Part shown: piece after piece, positions 1-10,307 of the stretch
Position numbering within the stretch: the stretch's first letter is position 1
How the letters are laid out: every line of letters starts with the position of its first letter
Virus record (IMG/VR): IMGVR_UViG_3300012952_000002
Location: 1-56,771 of that record
Reading direction: 5' to 3' (one strand)
Length of the DNA: 56,771 nucleotides
From: a virus
Taxonomy: Duplodnaviria > Caudoviricetes
The notes under the pieces: generated by a model
What the model saw: the letters and a program-made list of their open reading frames with translations, nothing else
Database searches by the model: none
What the model was told of the DNA's origin: nothing
Translations under genes and position numbers: made by a program

Positions 1-123
1 ACACAACGTAACGTTTCTCCTGCATTATAAGTAGGAGTAGGCGTACCTGTAATAGCAAACGTTGAGTTAGCTCCACTACCAGCCAAAGCACGAGAAGTAG
101 TAGACGTAGTTAATCCTTTATTC
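1..123. repeat. Terminal direct repeat, copy 1 (circular assembly overlap)
   Basis: 1-123 is identical to 56649-56771 and lies inside a continuous reading frame; unit genome 56,648 bp. Confidence 0.95.
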
Positions 124-1208
124 ATTGTCCCCATGTTAATCTGCATGGCTTCAATTCTAGGAGAAGACATAAATGAATCAGCTACTACGTAGTCTGCTTT
201 AATACTACCTGCTAGTAATTCAGTAATTCGTGCTGAGTTTATAAAAGCATCTTGTATATACACGCCTACAGGTATAGTTACACCATCAATAGTTTCAGCA
301 GAAGTAGTTACTATAAAAGGAGTATTAGCTTGAGCAGGAGAGTTAGTAGCTCCCACTGCATGATTTGTTGCATTTACTACAGCAAATTTATCCGCAGCTA
401 CAATAAATGCTGACGTAGGCGTACCATTAAGTGCATTAGTATTTGATAGTCCAAACCCTGCAACGTGCTGCCCACCTCCTGCATCAGCACTTGCTATCTT
501 CACCATGTACTGTCCGTTTAAATTACTCACAGACGTAGTGTTATTAGCAATAGGCGTTGCTAAAGAAGAAGCTAATTGAGTGCTAGTAATTGCACCGCTT
601 AACGTTGATAACAATACATTAACATCAGGCTGTAACGTAGCATTAACAGGACCAGCATAACTACCGTCTTCACCTGATATAGAAACATGCCTAACCCAAT
701 AATAGTATTGTGTGCTGGCTGAAACAGTTGCATCAACAAACATAGCACCTTCACTTAGCCCTATAAATACAGCATTAGCACGATTATTAGACGTACTGCG
801 AAACACATCTGTATGTGAATGCCCTGCATAGTTATTAGGATAAGTCCAAGAAACTTTAAGTACACCAAATCCTGCAGATACTGCTAGATTAGTAGGTGTT
901 GTAGGTGTTTCTGAATCAGGTATAGGGTTAGTCGGTTGAAACCCAACGTTTTGTCCTGTTGGATTATTAGGATCAAACGGCACAGATTCTAAATCTTTGG
1001 CTAAACCACTTGCTATTAGCTCTCGTAAAGTAATGGCTCTGTCTCTTACATCCCCACGAAAACCGTTTCTAACTTCTATGATCTCTTGTAATGCTTCAAG
1101 ATAACGTTTTAGCTCTGGGCTGGCATCTCGTGGAACCCTACCCAACCCAGGCAATGTAGTTGATCTACCTCCTGAAACATTATGGTTCCGTGTGCCATAC
1201 TCACTCAT
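1..1208 (-). CDS. 5' part of a ~675-aa tail tip/host-specificity protein with a DUF1983-like domain; continues across the junction to 55829
   Basis: ATG at 1208 overlaps the TGA of the upstream gene (MSEYGTRNHNV...). The segments I translated are in frame with ORF 55829-56734, and the frame contains AFIVAADKFAV...PFIV...GVYIQDAFI. Absent from the ORF track. Confidence 0.85.
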   Translation of the reverse strand, partial: MSEYGTRNHNVSGGRSTTLPGLGRVPRDASPELKRYLEALQEIIEVRNGFRGDVRDRAITLRELIASGLAKDLESVPFDPNNPTGQNVGFQPTNPIPDSETPTTPTNLAVSAGFGVLKVSWTYPNNYAGHSHTDVFRSTSNNRANAVFIGLSEGAMFVDATVSASTQYYYWVRHVSISGEDGSYAGPVNATLQPDVNVLLSTLSGAITSTQLASSLATPIANNTTSVSNLNGQYMVKIASADAGGGQHVAGFGLSNTNALNGTPTSAFIVAADKFAVVNATNHAVGATNSPAQANTPFIVTTSAETIDGVTIPVGVYIQDAFINSARITELLAGSIKADYVVADSFMSSPRIEAMQINMGTMNKGLTTSTTSRALAGSGANSTFAITGTPTPTYNAGETLRC

Positions 1209-2956
1209 GTTGCATTAATCTCCGCAATACTCTGAGACAAACAAACTTCATTAATGTTTACTGCACCTGACACTTCTACTTCCCATTCTGTGCCTATTGC
1301 ACTAGGCAACCGCATCGTAGGAGCTTGTAATGTCACGTTACTAATCCCATTAGGCGTAGAAGTTTCTTGAGTAAACACGTTACCCGTCTTAGTTATGTTG
1401 TAATCAGCAATAACAGTGCCGTCTACCCAGACTCGTATCCGGTTCTTTGTACCTGACGCTGGATAACTGTCTGCATGTATATGCACCCATGACATAGACA
1501 CAGGATTAGGTGCTACAAACTTCTTGCTTTTCCATGTTGCTGTTTGATTTGTTGTGCTACCCCGATACCTTCGCACGTTACTTGCAATGATAAGGTCTAA
1601 CTCCCCGTCTTTAGGATTATAGAAGCCCCCACGCACCGCTGCCGAACTGGTTGTAGTAGATATAGCTGCTTCTTGCGCTCGTGGATCATATACCCAACCG
1701 CTTGTTGTACTATGAAATGCTACATAAGTACCTTCATGTTTAAACGCTTTGTAGGTTGTAGGAGCAAAATCAGCATTCCACTGTGCAGGGCTAATTAAAC
1801 CTTTAGTCACTACACTGCCATCTGTACCTGCAATAGCACACAAACCATCTGGCCCTGCATACAATACATAGTCGCCCATATCTACTACACTTTGTTTATT
1901 AACACAGGCTTGGGCTAAATCAATTTCTACTGCTACCATTGCTGACGGGTCAGTACCCGTTACAAAGTAAGGCTTACCATCTGTTAAACAGACTATGCCA
2001 TTACCCGTTGTCGCTATCGCCACGATTTCTTTTTCTAATGTAATACGGTAAGAAATAGGCCATGCGTGCGGTAAAAATGGTTCTGATAAACAAAGCCGTC
2101 TGCCTGTAAACCCAGCAAACACACCATTTGCTACAGGTATAAGCCCCTGCATAGGGCCATCTGGGTATAAAGTAGTGTCATCATCTGGTGGACCTATCCA
2201 CGTTGTAGAAGGAATAACTTCTTGTAACTGTGCAGGTTGCAGTTGATCTGCATACTGAGTGTTTGCAATATCAGGAGCTTCATGGACTAACTGAAATGCT
2301 GCTTGAGTAGAACCCACTGCACTACGATACAACCGCCACTTAGCAACTTGTGGAAAAGTACCTTGAGTAGAACTTAAAGCGTAGTTTCCTGTAGGTAAAG
2401 AACCCCTTGTTACAGTAATTGTCTGTGTACTAGGAGTAAAAGACGTAGTTGCTGTAACAGCAGAGGGCGGTCCTTCTTCTCCGTAGTTAGAAACGAATGT
2501 TAAAACATACGCTACGTCTATAGGAGTAGCATTTGGATCAGCTGTTCCAGACAACGCAATAGAAAGATTTGCTGGTATAGGTATACCTAACCGATAAGCA
2601 GTTGATGGAAAAGGTGCGCTACCTGAAGTAATTGCTTGTCGATGAGACATTTTCGGGTACGTTTCACCAGACCAATATAAACGATTTAATGTATCTCCAG
2701 GGATAGGCCCTTCAACTGCCTTAATATAATCATTGTCCCATTGTAACCATTGATTAGTGCCACTGTTTTCATAGTAATAAATTGAATTTCTTGTGCCAGC
2801 CGTCAGTGTAGCTGTTGTTGTTTCTTCTGTTATTGGAGTAATACGCCCTGCTTCAAAGTCTATATTCTGTGATGTTTGAGCAAACTGTTCTCCTAACAAT
2901 CGAGAAGAAACAGCAGGAGCTATACCAGAAAAACGTGTTAGTTTGTAATAAGTCAT
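1205..2956 (-). CDS. Tail tubular/nozzle (stabilisation) protein, podovirus type
   Basis: 583 aa, beta-rich, SEPFLPHAWP motif, position in the tail module. Confidence 0.6.
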   Translation of the reverse strand: MTYYKLTRFSGIAPAVSSRLLGEQFAQTSQNIDFEAGRITPITEETTTATLTAGTRNSIYYYENSGTNQWLQWDNDYIKAVEGPIPGDTLNRLYWSGETYPKMSHRQAITSGSAPFPSTAYRLGIPIPANLSIALSGTADPNATPIDVAYVLTFVSNYGEEGPPSAVTATTSFTPSTQTITVTRGSLPTGNYALSSTQGTFPQVAKWRLYRSAVGSTQAAFQLVHEAPDIANTQYADQLQPAQLQEVIPSTTWIGPPDDDTTLYPDGPMQGLIPVANGVFAGFTGRRLCLSEPFLPHAWPISYRITLEKEIVAIATTGNGIVCLTDGKPYFVTGTDPSAMVAVEIDLAQACVNKQSVVDMGDYVLYAGPDGLCAIAGTDGSVVTKGLISPAQWNADFAPTTYKAFKHEGTYVAFHSTTSGWVYDPRAQEAAISTTTSSAAVRGGFYNPKDGELDLIIASNVRRYRGSTTNQTATWKSKKFVAPNPVSMSWVHIHADSYPASGTKNRIRVWVDGTVIADYNITKTGNVFTQETSTPNGISNVTLQAPTMRLPSAIGTEWEVEVSGAVNINEVCLSQSIAEINAT

Positions 2957-3162
2957 TGCTTTTCTATCTTCCCTGTATCAATCAGTATACGTTCTTTAAG
3001 TGTATGACCAAGATTTAAGGAGCCTACTTCTAATAAAAACAATTCATCTCGTTTTAATTGTATCAAGTTTAACCCAGAAAAATACTGACGCACTAGCTCT
3101 TTTGTTTCATCAGTTACCGAATCTAAACTAAAATTCTCTCCATCTATCTCAATGTTATCCAT
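2953..3162 (-). CDS. Hypothetical protein
   Basis: 69 aa, AGGAGG RBS, stop overlaps the next start. Confidence 0.7.
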   Translation of the reverse strand: MDNIEIDGENFSLDSVTDETKELVRQYFSGLNLIQLKRDELFLLEVGSLNLGHTLKERILIDTGKIEKQ

Positions 3163-3174
3163 GCATCCTCCTGA

Positions 3175-3726
3175 TTAGCATTTAATTCTACCGCATTTCC
3201 TAAGATTGCGTTGCCTTTCTTTGGCCTGTTCTAGTCTTTGTTTGGCTGAGTCTAGTCTTGCTTCTTGAATAGCTTCATATATAAACCAACCGGACCAACC
3301 TATAAATCCTAAAGAACAAACAATAAAAGCAGCAGTAGCCCTTTCTTTCATTCTTTGTTGTCGTTCTTTGCGTTTCTTGTGGATATCTTTTAGATACTGA
3401 AGATGGTCTTTCTCTGATTGTTTTCTTATGCGCTCTGCATCTTTCCAAACATCTGACATCCCCATCATCATAAGGTGGTCTTTGATTTTGGTTTCGACAG
3501 TCTTAATCTCTCTACGTTTTATCGAGAGATCCATCGCCTCTTTGGGGGTCAGAGGCCGCTTAAGCTTCTTCTTTCTTTCCCAATCATCTAACTTTTGGGC
3601 AGTAGATCCAAACTTACCAAGTAAAGCAGCAGCATCTTGAGCATTCGCTTTGCCTTCTTTAAAGGTTGCTATGGTGCTGTTTATTGCAGATAAAGCACTG
3701 GTGATTGCCGCTAATTCAGCAAACAT
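3175..3726 (-). CDS. Coiled-coil membrane protein
   Basis: 183 aa; one hydrophobic segment (AAFIVCSLGFIGWSGWFIY). Confidence 0.7.
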   Translation of the reverse strand: MFAELAAITSALSAINSTIATFKEGKANAQDAAALLGKFGSTAQKLDDWERKKKLKRPLTPKEAMDLSIKRREIKTVETKIKDHLMMMGMSDVWKDAERIRKQSEKDHLQYLKDIHKKRKERQQRMKERATAAFIVCSLGFIGWSGWFIYEAIQEARLDSAKQRLEQAKERQRNLRKCGRIKC

Positions 3727-3732
3727 GAGGGT

Positions 3733-3897
3733 TTACCCCAAGAATTTGCTGGCTATAAAAAGTCCAACCAGAAAAGGATACAACGCATAGACACTCATCT
3801 CTATTCGATTCATACGTGCTGTGCCACGATCAAGGCGTTCTTCAATGTTCTTGTATCTCATTGCACATTCTCTTTCGTGGGCTTTTAAATCATCCAT
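3733..3897 (-). CDS. Small membrane protein (54 aa)
   Basis: Hand-translated MDDLKAHERECAMRYKNIEERL...YALYPFLVGLFIASKFLG; fills the gap between neighbours. Confidence 0.65.
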   Translation of the reverse strand: MDDLKAHERECAMRYKNIEERLDRGTARMNRIEMSVYALYPFLVGLFIASKFLG

Positions 3898-4060
3898 GTA
3901 AAATCTGCCACCAAGTTTTTTTAGGCTCTACCCACGGTTTACTTAGCCAAATATTATTCTGTAGCATAGCAAGTTTTGCCTTTAAACGACCTCGTTTATC
4001 ACCTGACGAGCGTTTTATGCGTTCTTTTATACTAATAATTTCTTGCTCAGTGTTCATCAT
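3890..4060 (-). CDS. Hypothetical protein (56 aa)
   Basis: Hand-translated MMNTEQEIISIKERIK...WWQILHG; overlaps the next start. Confidence 0.5.
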   Translation of the reverse strand: MMNTEQEIISIKERIKRSSGDKRGRLKAKLAMLQNNIWLSKPWVEPKKTWWQILHG

Positions 4061-4071
4061 TTGGCTCTCTA

Positions 4072-4347
4072 TTAAACTGGAGGAGTGATTCCGCGTTTAA
4101 ATTCAGCTACTCGATCAGAAGTAAAAATGCTTTCTTCTACACAAGCAGCCATTACATCGTCAAACCTTGTGCTTTCCACGTTGACTTCTCCATCTCTATT
4201 GCTCATCAACAGGGCTGTGTCTGCGATAATTTGGGTAGAGCTTCTAAATAATGCACACATCTCTGTCTCACTAAGGAGGTTCAACCAAACAGATGAAGGG
4301 AATACCAATCCTCCTTTTTCGCCAACCGCTACAAATCTATAGTAAAC
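4072..4347 (-). CDS. Hypothetical tail-fibre-associated protein
   Basis: ORF track 4072-4368; start more likely MVYYRF at 4347 after a GGAG RBS. Confidence 0.6.
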   Translation of the reverse strand, partial: VYYRFVAVGEKGGLVFPSSVWLNLLSETEMCALFRSSTQIIADTALLMSNRDGEVNVESTRFDDVMAACVEESIFTSDRVAEFKRGITPPV

Positions 4348-5308
4348 CATAGAAAACTCCCATTTCATCTAGCCATGCGTGAACGTCTGCTTCTAAATAA
4401 GGAGCATTGGATCGTCCATATTGCGACCCCTTGTTTACGAAAAAATACCTACCTCGCCATCTTTGTATCAAACTTATTCCACCGCCCCAAGGATATCCAA
4501 GATCACCCCCTACTACACAATAAATATTGTGTTTGCCATTGGTTGTGTTACATAAAAAACCATATCCACCAGCTTGATAATCAGCAGCTACATAGTTGTA
4601 GTATCGTATAAATATCATGCCATTAGCCGTGGGGCCAACTACTCCATAGCCATATGGAATATTTTCTTGAGCAAAAACAGAACCTAAAAAATTAGAATAG
4701 GTTAAACTTCCATCTGAAACATCTACCTGAACCGTGACTCCCCTATAAGGTTCAGCAGCGGCTGCATTGCCCCCTGATGTATTAATACTTGTAAGGTTTA
4801 TGGTTCCCGATCCATCTCCTCCTGATCTGTAAAGCGCATTTCCGTAACTAGCAAGGTAGTCTAAGCCATTAAAAGAAGCGTTACCAAGCTGTGCGTTTCC
4901 AATGGCTGTAACGGTTCCAGCTTCATTGACGGATGAGGTATAAAGCGTATGGGGGCTTGTCCCAGTATCCATTGTAAGACAATAGAGTTTGTTCTCCGAG
5001 TCGTCCATGTACCAGCCTACCCAACTATCAGTATTTGCACTTCCTGACGCTTCATCTACAGTCATTCCAGAAGCCCACACACCATCTGCTATTACTCCCC
5101 CACTTGCACCTCTTTGATAAACTGCGGTGGTTGTGTTGGTATAATTTATTTTAATTGATCTACCAGCAGTTCCTCCTGAAAAACCCGGAAGATAATAATT
5201 AGAAGATACTCCTTGCCCCATACTTTCCCAGAAACCTATAGATGTGTCAGGTAGAGGAAATAAAGGCATTTCTCTGCTTTTTCTTGTATTTCTGCTTAAT
5301 CCAGCCAT
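4337..5308 (-). CDS. Putative tail fibre/receptor-binding module
   Basis: 323 aa, rich in Gly/Ser/Tyr/Asn, within the fibre cluster. Confidence 0.5.
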   Translation of the reverse strand: MAGLSRNTRKSREMPLFPLPDTSIGFWESMGQGVSSNYYLPGFSGGTAGRSIKINYTNTTTAVYQRGASGGVIADGVWASGMTVDEASGSANTDSWVGWYMDDSENKLYCLTMDTGTSPHTLYTSSVNEAGTVTAIGNAQLGNASFNGLDYLASYGNALYRSGGDGSGTINLTSINTSGGNAAAAEPYRGVTVQVDVSDGSLTYSNFLGSVFAQENIPYGYGVVGPTANGMIFIRYYNYVAADYQAGGYGFLCNTTNGKHNIYCVVGGDLGYPWGGGISLIQRWRGRYFFVNKGSQYGRSNAPYLEADVHAWLDEMGVFYGLL

Positions 5309-5616
5309 TATTCATCATGCCCCATTAGTGTCATATTCACGGATGCCGCTGTGGATCTGCCTATAATGTAGTCAGATGCTCCGGCTACGATTGGAGAAAA
5401 ACTTAAACTTTCATCTGGACCAATCATAGTGTTCTCTAGTAATTTCGTTGCGTTAGCAAACGTAGCAGAGCTATCTCCTACACCTAATTGAACAAACGCT
5501 GTTGATGAACCCCGATTAAGTATGTGAACTGTATACGTCCCCCCATTTGACCCCGCCTGTCCTACATTCGCTGTAGTGTTTGCGCTAAGATCAACGCCTG
5601 ATATTTTAACTGCCAT
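5308..5616 (-). CDS. Small beta-sandwich structural protein
   Basis: 102 aa, stop/start overlaps on both sides. Confidence 0.55.
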   Translation of the reverse strand: MAVKISGVDLSANTTANVGQAGSNGGTYTVHILNRGSSTAFVQLGVGDSSATFANATKLLENTMIGPDESLSFSPIVAGASDYIIGRSTAASVNMTLMGHDE

Positions 5617-5942
5617 TATATTTGCCCCATAAAAAAGACTTTACTGGTTGATATTGAAGAAGCAGTTTGAAAAGAAGGGGCATTACCTGATCCACCAGAT
5701 GTAAGAACTTGCCCTGCACTGCCTGTTGCCACTACCGCAGGGTCGCCTGACCCATTGTAGGCGATTAGGTTTCCTGCTGTTCCCCCTGCCATTTTAGCGA
5801 GACTCACTGCATTGTCTAAAATAGAATCCGTGACCACCGAATTCGATGCCAACTTATCTGCGTTGACCGCATCATTAACGATGGACGCAGTTGCCACTGA
5901 GTCTGTTGCCATTACTCCTGCTTTGACTTTAGTTAATGCCAT
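5616..5942 (-). CDS. Short tail-fibre repeat protein
   Basis: AV(T/N)xxK(L/I)A-type repeats and GSAGQVLTSGG...PSF, typical of phage fibre shafts. Confidence 0.6.
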   Translation of the reverse strand: MALTKVKAGVMATDSVATASIVNDAVNADKLASNSVVTDSILDNAVSLAKMAGGTAGNLIAYNGSGDPAVVATGSAGQVLTSGGSGNAPSFQTASSISTSKVFFMGQI

Positions 5943-6256
5943 TATGGAACGTCCTCCGCTCTGTCGTAAAAGGTCAGGGTAGGCTCATAATTATCGCGTT
6001 CTTCAGTAACAGTTAGATTTCCGTCTCCGTCGTACACGACACCTGTAGTCGAACTGCCATGATTCACAATGCAGATTTTTCCCATGTATTTATCAGCGTC
6101 ATATTCATCAACAAGATAAGTATCGGCATCACCACTCATGTCCCGTGAAACAGTTTTTAACTGAACAACAGTCGGGTAGGTTTTTTCAACATCGTCTTCC
6201 CCGACCTTATAAGTATGTTTTACATCTCCAAGAACAATTACGTTATACATATTCAA
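5942..6256 (-). CDS. Hypothetical acidic protein, possible fibre chaperone
   Basis: 104 aa, directly after the 648-aa fibre gene. Confidence 0.5.
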   Translation of the reverse strand: MNMYNVIVLGDVKHTYKVGEDDVEKTYPTVVQLKTVSRDMSGDADTYLVDEYDADKYMGKICIVNHGSSTTGVVYDGDGNLTVTEERDNYEPTLTFYDRAEDVP

Positions 6257-8189
6257 TCACCTCCCACTCAACATAAATGGTAGAGTTAGTTCCATTGACT
6301 GCTCTATTAAATGTAATCGTTAATGCATCAGAGAGATGTCCTCTTGGATGAACCCCAGACCAGTAAGTGCCTTGGTAATTTCTATTAGAAGAAAAATTTA
6401 AAAACGATTTTTGAAGATCAACCGTATCAATAGACACGGTAAAAGAAGTATCTGTAGAAGTTACATAACCTCTTTGTATACTTTTAATATTACTAGCTGG
6501 TTGCAAGTCAGTACCTGGGGTTAGCTTTTTACCAACGAGCATTTTAGTGGCGCTCAAGGCTGTGCCAATTGGGAGAGTTCCTGATCCTGCTGATACCGTT
6601 CCATCTGCATTTAAATAATATTGTTTGCCAGCCACCTTGCCTGATTGGTTTTCATTAACGCCACCTAATAGCGTAATATCCCCACTAGCATTTGCGCTAA
6701 TGGCTGCTTCAGCTAGACCTAAATATTCAAAAAAGTCTAAATTAGTAACAAAGACTTTAGAAGCACCAACATACTCAAAATAACTACTGCCGTCTTGATG
6801 CATAGCTACCTGTTGCGTTCCACCCACATCATGGTTGTTGTTAGGAACGTACCGATTATACCCTCTCAAAGAAGAATAACTTCCAGATACAACATATTGG
6901 TGGGCGGTAGTAGGTGTTTTATTAATCGTAGTTGAAATAGTCCCGTCACTACTATTAACCTTGAACATATAATACTTCATGGTTTGTGTGCCGCTGGCAG
7001 TCGTTATAAAAGGAACACAAAACGTATCTGCTGCGCCTGTTAAAACATTTATACCTTGGACTCGCAGACCATTTGCATAAGTTGTTCCTATGCCTTTTGG
7101 CTGTGAAGTGTCTTCATCCCGAATCCATGTCCCCATCGTAAAGGCTGATCCAGTATTCCTAAAAGAAACAATATTACCTTGGTGGCTTACGGCTGCTAGG
7201 CAACCATTTGAGTCACATTTTACTGACTTCCACCAATTATTATTTGCAACTACATTTGTATAGGTACTGCCATCTGCCGCAGTTAAAGCGGTTAATGAAG
7301 CTGAATGAGAGTTTGTAATGGTTCCATTTGCTGCAACGTCTATCGCCCAGACAGACGTTCCTCCAGAGCCATGCCCAGCAATAACCACGATTTGATCATT
7401 TGAAGAATCAAACGTGGCGCACAAGTCGGTGTGGCGATAGTTTCCTGTTGTTGTTACGTCTGCAAGTAAAGCCGTCCCATAGGTGCAACCATCCGCAGCA
7501 TTTGTAGAAAAGTTAATGAGCCTACAAGTCCAACCATAATAGGCTCCATCACTTCCTGAGTTTGAGGTTGCGACTGCAAATACTTTCCCATTGTCATCTT
7601 TAACTAAAGACCCCATTCTTTGAGAAACTTTGTTATGGGCGGCATCAGCAAGAGTATCATCAATATAAGCTGTCTGATAAATACCGTTTGCAGTGTAATA
7701 CTTTGTAATTATTATCCTGTTTGCAACATTTGAATCTTTAAACCCCAGTTCAATCCAACCGTCATTTGCGTCATCCCATATCACATCAAGACATTCGCCA
7801 TTAACACCATAAGTCTGACCATTTGCGTGAGACATATTTGTCGGGGCAAACGAAATGGCTGCCGCAGTATTGACCGTGCAAGTTCCAGCAGACAACTGAC
7901 CTTGGCGAGTATTTGAGTTAACATGCTTGCTTCTCATGTATGCAACTCGACCACTTGCTGCATCAATGCGCGACCAACTTGCACCGTAAGCATTACCTGT
8001 GTTGTTGTAATGCAAAAAACGAGAAGATATTGATATACCAGCCCAAGCAGTAGGACCGGAAGCGGTTTGCTTTAAAACTTTACCTGCCCCATCAATTAAC
8101 ACTGGATCTCCAGCAGCAATTGTATTTGCAGCGGTAAAGCTCGACTTTGTTAAAGCGCCAGAACTACTGACACCTAATTTAACTGGCAT
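6243..8189 (-). CDS. Tail fibre/receptor-binding protein
   Basis: 648 aa, beta-rich; IAAGDPV...GxxYYLxxDG...IGxALSATxxL capsid-fibre-like motif; IKSIQRG C-terminal domain. Confidence 0.6.
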   Translation of the reverse strand: MPVKLGVSSSGALTKSSFTAANTIAAGDPVLIDGAGKVLKQTASGPTAWAGISISSRFLHYNNTGNAYGASWSRIDAASGRVAYMRSKHVNSNTRQGQLSAGTCTVNTAAAISFAPTNMSHANGQTYGVNGECLDVIWDDANDGWIELGFKDSNVANRIIITKYYTANGIYQTAYIDDTLADAAHNKVSQRMGSLVKDDNGKVFAVATSNSGSDGAYYGWTCRLINFSTNAADGCTYGTALLADVTTTGNYRHTDLCATFDSSNDQIVVIAGHGSGGTSVWAIDVAANGTITNSHSASLTALTAADGSTYTNVVANNNWWKSVKCDSNGCLAAVSHQGNIVSFRNTGSAFTMGTWIRDEDTSQPKGIGTTYANGLRVQGINVLTGAADTFCVPFITTASGTQTMKYYMFKVNSSDGTISTTINKTPTTAHQYVVSGSYSSLRGYNRYVPNNNHDVGGTQQVAMHQDGSSYFEYVGASKVFVTNLDFFEYLGLAEAAISANASGDITLLGGVNENQSGKVAGKQYYLNADGTVSAGSGTLPIGTALSATKMLVGKKLTPGTDLQPASNIKSIQRGYVTSTDTSFTVSIDTVDLQKSFLNFSSNRNYQGTYWSGVHPRGHLSDALTITFNRAVNGTNSTIYVEWEVIEYV

Positions 8190-8922
8190 TGATGTTCTCC
8201 TCTCGATTAATGAGTTCCAGCATTCCTTGTTCTGGCATCCACTCTAACCACGTTGTAATAATATATTTGTCCTGTGTTTTAGAAGGAAGACCACGGTGAT
8301 ACCAAGGAGGCTGACTAGGAATGACCATGACGTTTCCAGCGACAGGGGGTATAGTCACATTCGCTAGAGTTATCTCTGTGCAGCCGCCATCTGTTACATC
8401 ATTCAAATACAAAATAGGCGCAAGAATTCTTCTATGCATTAAATGGTTGTCAGCTTCACAGTGGATAGCAGGATAGCCTTTTGAGCCTTTTGGATACTTC
8501 TGTATTTGCAATGACGAAATATAAACTGGTCCTTCTGCCATATTGCGCGGCAGATGTTCAGGATTAACTGAAGCAACAGCGTCTATCCATCCCTGCAAGT
8601 AATCAGCACAAATATTTTTAAACTGCTTAGTCAATAAATCTGTGATCTTTTTGTGCTTTTTTGGGTGGTAGATCCAGCTATACCCCAAAGGAGAATCGGT
8701 GTACCCTCTTATAAACAACTGCAAATCAATACTATCTTTCACTTCAGCAGTAGCCTCACCACTCACAGTCGCACCGACACTAGTTAATCCTGCTGTATGG
8801 CAGTCTTCAAAAAACTGAATAATTTCTTTGCATTCTTCTTTTGTCAAAACACCTTGGTACAAACCAATAAAATCAGAAAGCAACGGTTGTTGTTGTGCAA
8901 CAGCTAAACTATTCGCAGACAT
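8179..8922 (-). CDS. 2OG-Fe(II) oxygenase (prolyl-4-hydroxylase-like)
   Basis: QIQKY...HCE...ILYLNDV.DGG.T...WYHRG...KYIITTW. Probable start MSANSL at 8922 overlaps the upstream TAA. Confidence 0.85.
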   Translation of the reverse strand: MSANSLAVAQQQPLLSDFIGLYQGVLTKEECKEIIQFFEDCHTAGLTSVGATVSGEATAEVKDSIDLQLFIRGYTDSPLGYSWIYHPKKHKKITDLLTKQFKNICADYLQGWIDAVASVNPEHLPRNMAEGPVYISSLQIQKYPKGSKGYPAIHCEADNHLMHRRILAPILYLNDVTDGGCTEITLANVTIPPVAGNVMVIPSQPPWYHRGLPSKTQDKYIITTWLEWMPEQGMLELINREENINAS

Positions 8923-10295
8923 TAGACCGCACCCCACCCAATAGTAGAATTTACAAACACCAATTGAACTGAATTAGCTCCAACACCAATTTCTCCATCA
9001 TCAGCAACGGACTCGATATTAGAACTATTTCTAGCAACAGTAACTGCGGCAGAACTTCTGTTTTGAATTGTAACACTGTTTCCAGCAGCAGGGCTGGCTG
9101 GCAAAGTAATTGTGACGGCTGAACTACCCGTAACAATTAGTTGATCTCCAACAACCGCTGAGTAACTGGCAGTCTTGATAGCCCAAGGGTTGTATGCTCC
9201 GGTTGCCAGTGCAGCAATTGCCTGTTTAATTCGCTCTGGTGTAAAACGTTTAACAGCAGTTACACTTCCAGCTTCTGCTTCTGCCTGAGTCGCTACAGCA
9301 ACCTGTGCGTTATACGCAGTCTCTATTTCAGCGTTGCTTTGGTCAGCTGTTGCGCCATCCTCAACGTTAATCATGGTCCTAACTGCAGCAGGAGCAATCT
9401 CTTCTACACTGCCAGCACCAGAAGTATCTCGTCCTAGCAACCTATCAGTAGCCGATACGTTCTGGATTTTGTCATAAGTGACCGCATCGTTTTGAATCTT
9501 AACAGTTGAGACTGTGTTGTCATCCGGTGTTCCAACTGTCACAGTAGAAGCTGAAATCCGCACAACTTCTACACTAGAACTATTAGGAGGAGCTTCACTA
9601 AAAGTTAAAGTAGTACCAGAAATACCATAAGTATTTTTCTGTTGGTATACCCCGTCTATATAAACTTGCGTATTATTTTCTTCAAGGGGATTAGCCCCCA
9701 TCGTAAACGTAGTATCAGAGCCATCACCCGTAAAATTGTCTACGGCAAGTGTCGCTCCACCGCCACCAATCTCACCCCAATCAGATCCATCATAACCTTC
9801 AAACTGTGTTTCAGTAGAATTGAATCGAAAATATCCAGCGGCAGCAGATCCAGGTCTTTGTGCTGTTGTACCCACAGGAATGTGCATTGAGTCAGTAGCA
9901 GAGCCTACGTCTAAAGAAACGTCAGGAGATGTATTAAGGATACCTACCCGATTGTTACCTTGATCTACCTTTAACACCGTGTCATCTGGGCCTTCGTCTT
10001 TTACATCTTGTAAAAGCGCAGAAGTCATCCGTATTTCTGCTTTCGCTCCTGCACTAAAAGCCGCTGCACTCGTACCATCTTGAGCGCGAGTAACTGTTAA
10101 TGTAGTTCCAGATATGCCCGTTACTTTAACAACTTCTACCGTAGTGCCATCACCGTTGTCTAAAGTAACGTAAGCATGATGCCCACCACTAATGGTAGGA
10201 AAACCTGTAGCACTAGCAATCGACAATGACGTAACAGAGTTATTTATCCCTGCAGATAGCGTAGTGCTAAATTTATTTGCAAACTTTACGCCCAT
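8922..10295 (-). CDS. Tail fibre protein
   Basis: GTTAQRP...GYFRFNS...FEGYDGSDW, FTGDGSDTTF and ITLPASP...G.SV.I motifs, common in phage fibres. Confidence 0.75.
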   Translation of the reverse strand: MGVKFANKFSTTLSAGINNSVTSLSIASATGFPTISGGHHAYVTLDNGDGTTVEVVKVTGISGTTLTVTRAQDGTSAAAFSAGAKAEIRMTSALLQDVKDEGPDDTVLKVDQGNNRVGILNTSPDVSLDVGSATDSMHIPVGTTAQRPGSAAAGYFRFNSTETQFEGYDGSDWGEIGGGGATLAVDNFTGDGSDTTFTMGANPLEENNTQVYIDGVYQQKNTYGISGTTLTFSEAPPNSSSVEVVRISASTVTVGTPDDNTVSTVKIQNDAVTYDKIQNVSATDRLLGRDTSGAGSVEEIAPAAVRTMINVEDGATADQSNAEIETAYNAQVAVATQAEAEAGSVTAVKRFTPERIKQAIAALATGAYNPWAIKTASYSAVVGDQLIVTGSSAVTITLPASPAAGNSVTIQNRSSAAVTVARNSSNIESVADDGEIGVGANSVQLVFVNSTIGWGAV

Positions 10296-10307
10296 GCTCT
10301 CACGCCT

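Noticed and set aside
1-123. Biological direct terminal repeat
   Set aside because: It lies mid-gene and its length fits an assembler overlap; no sign of a physical end
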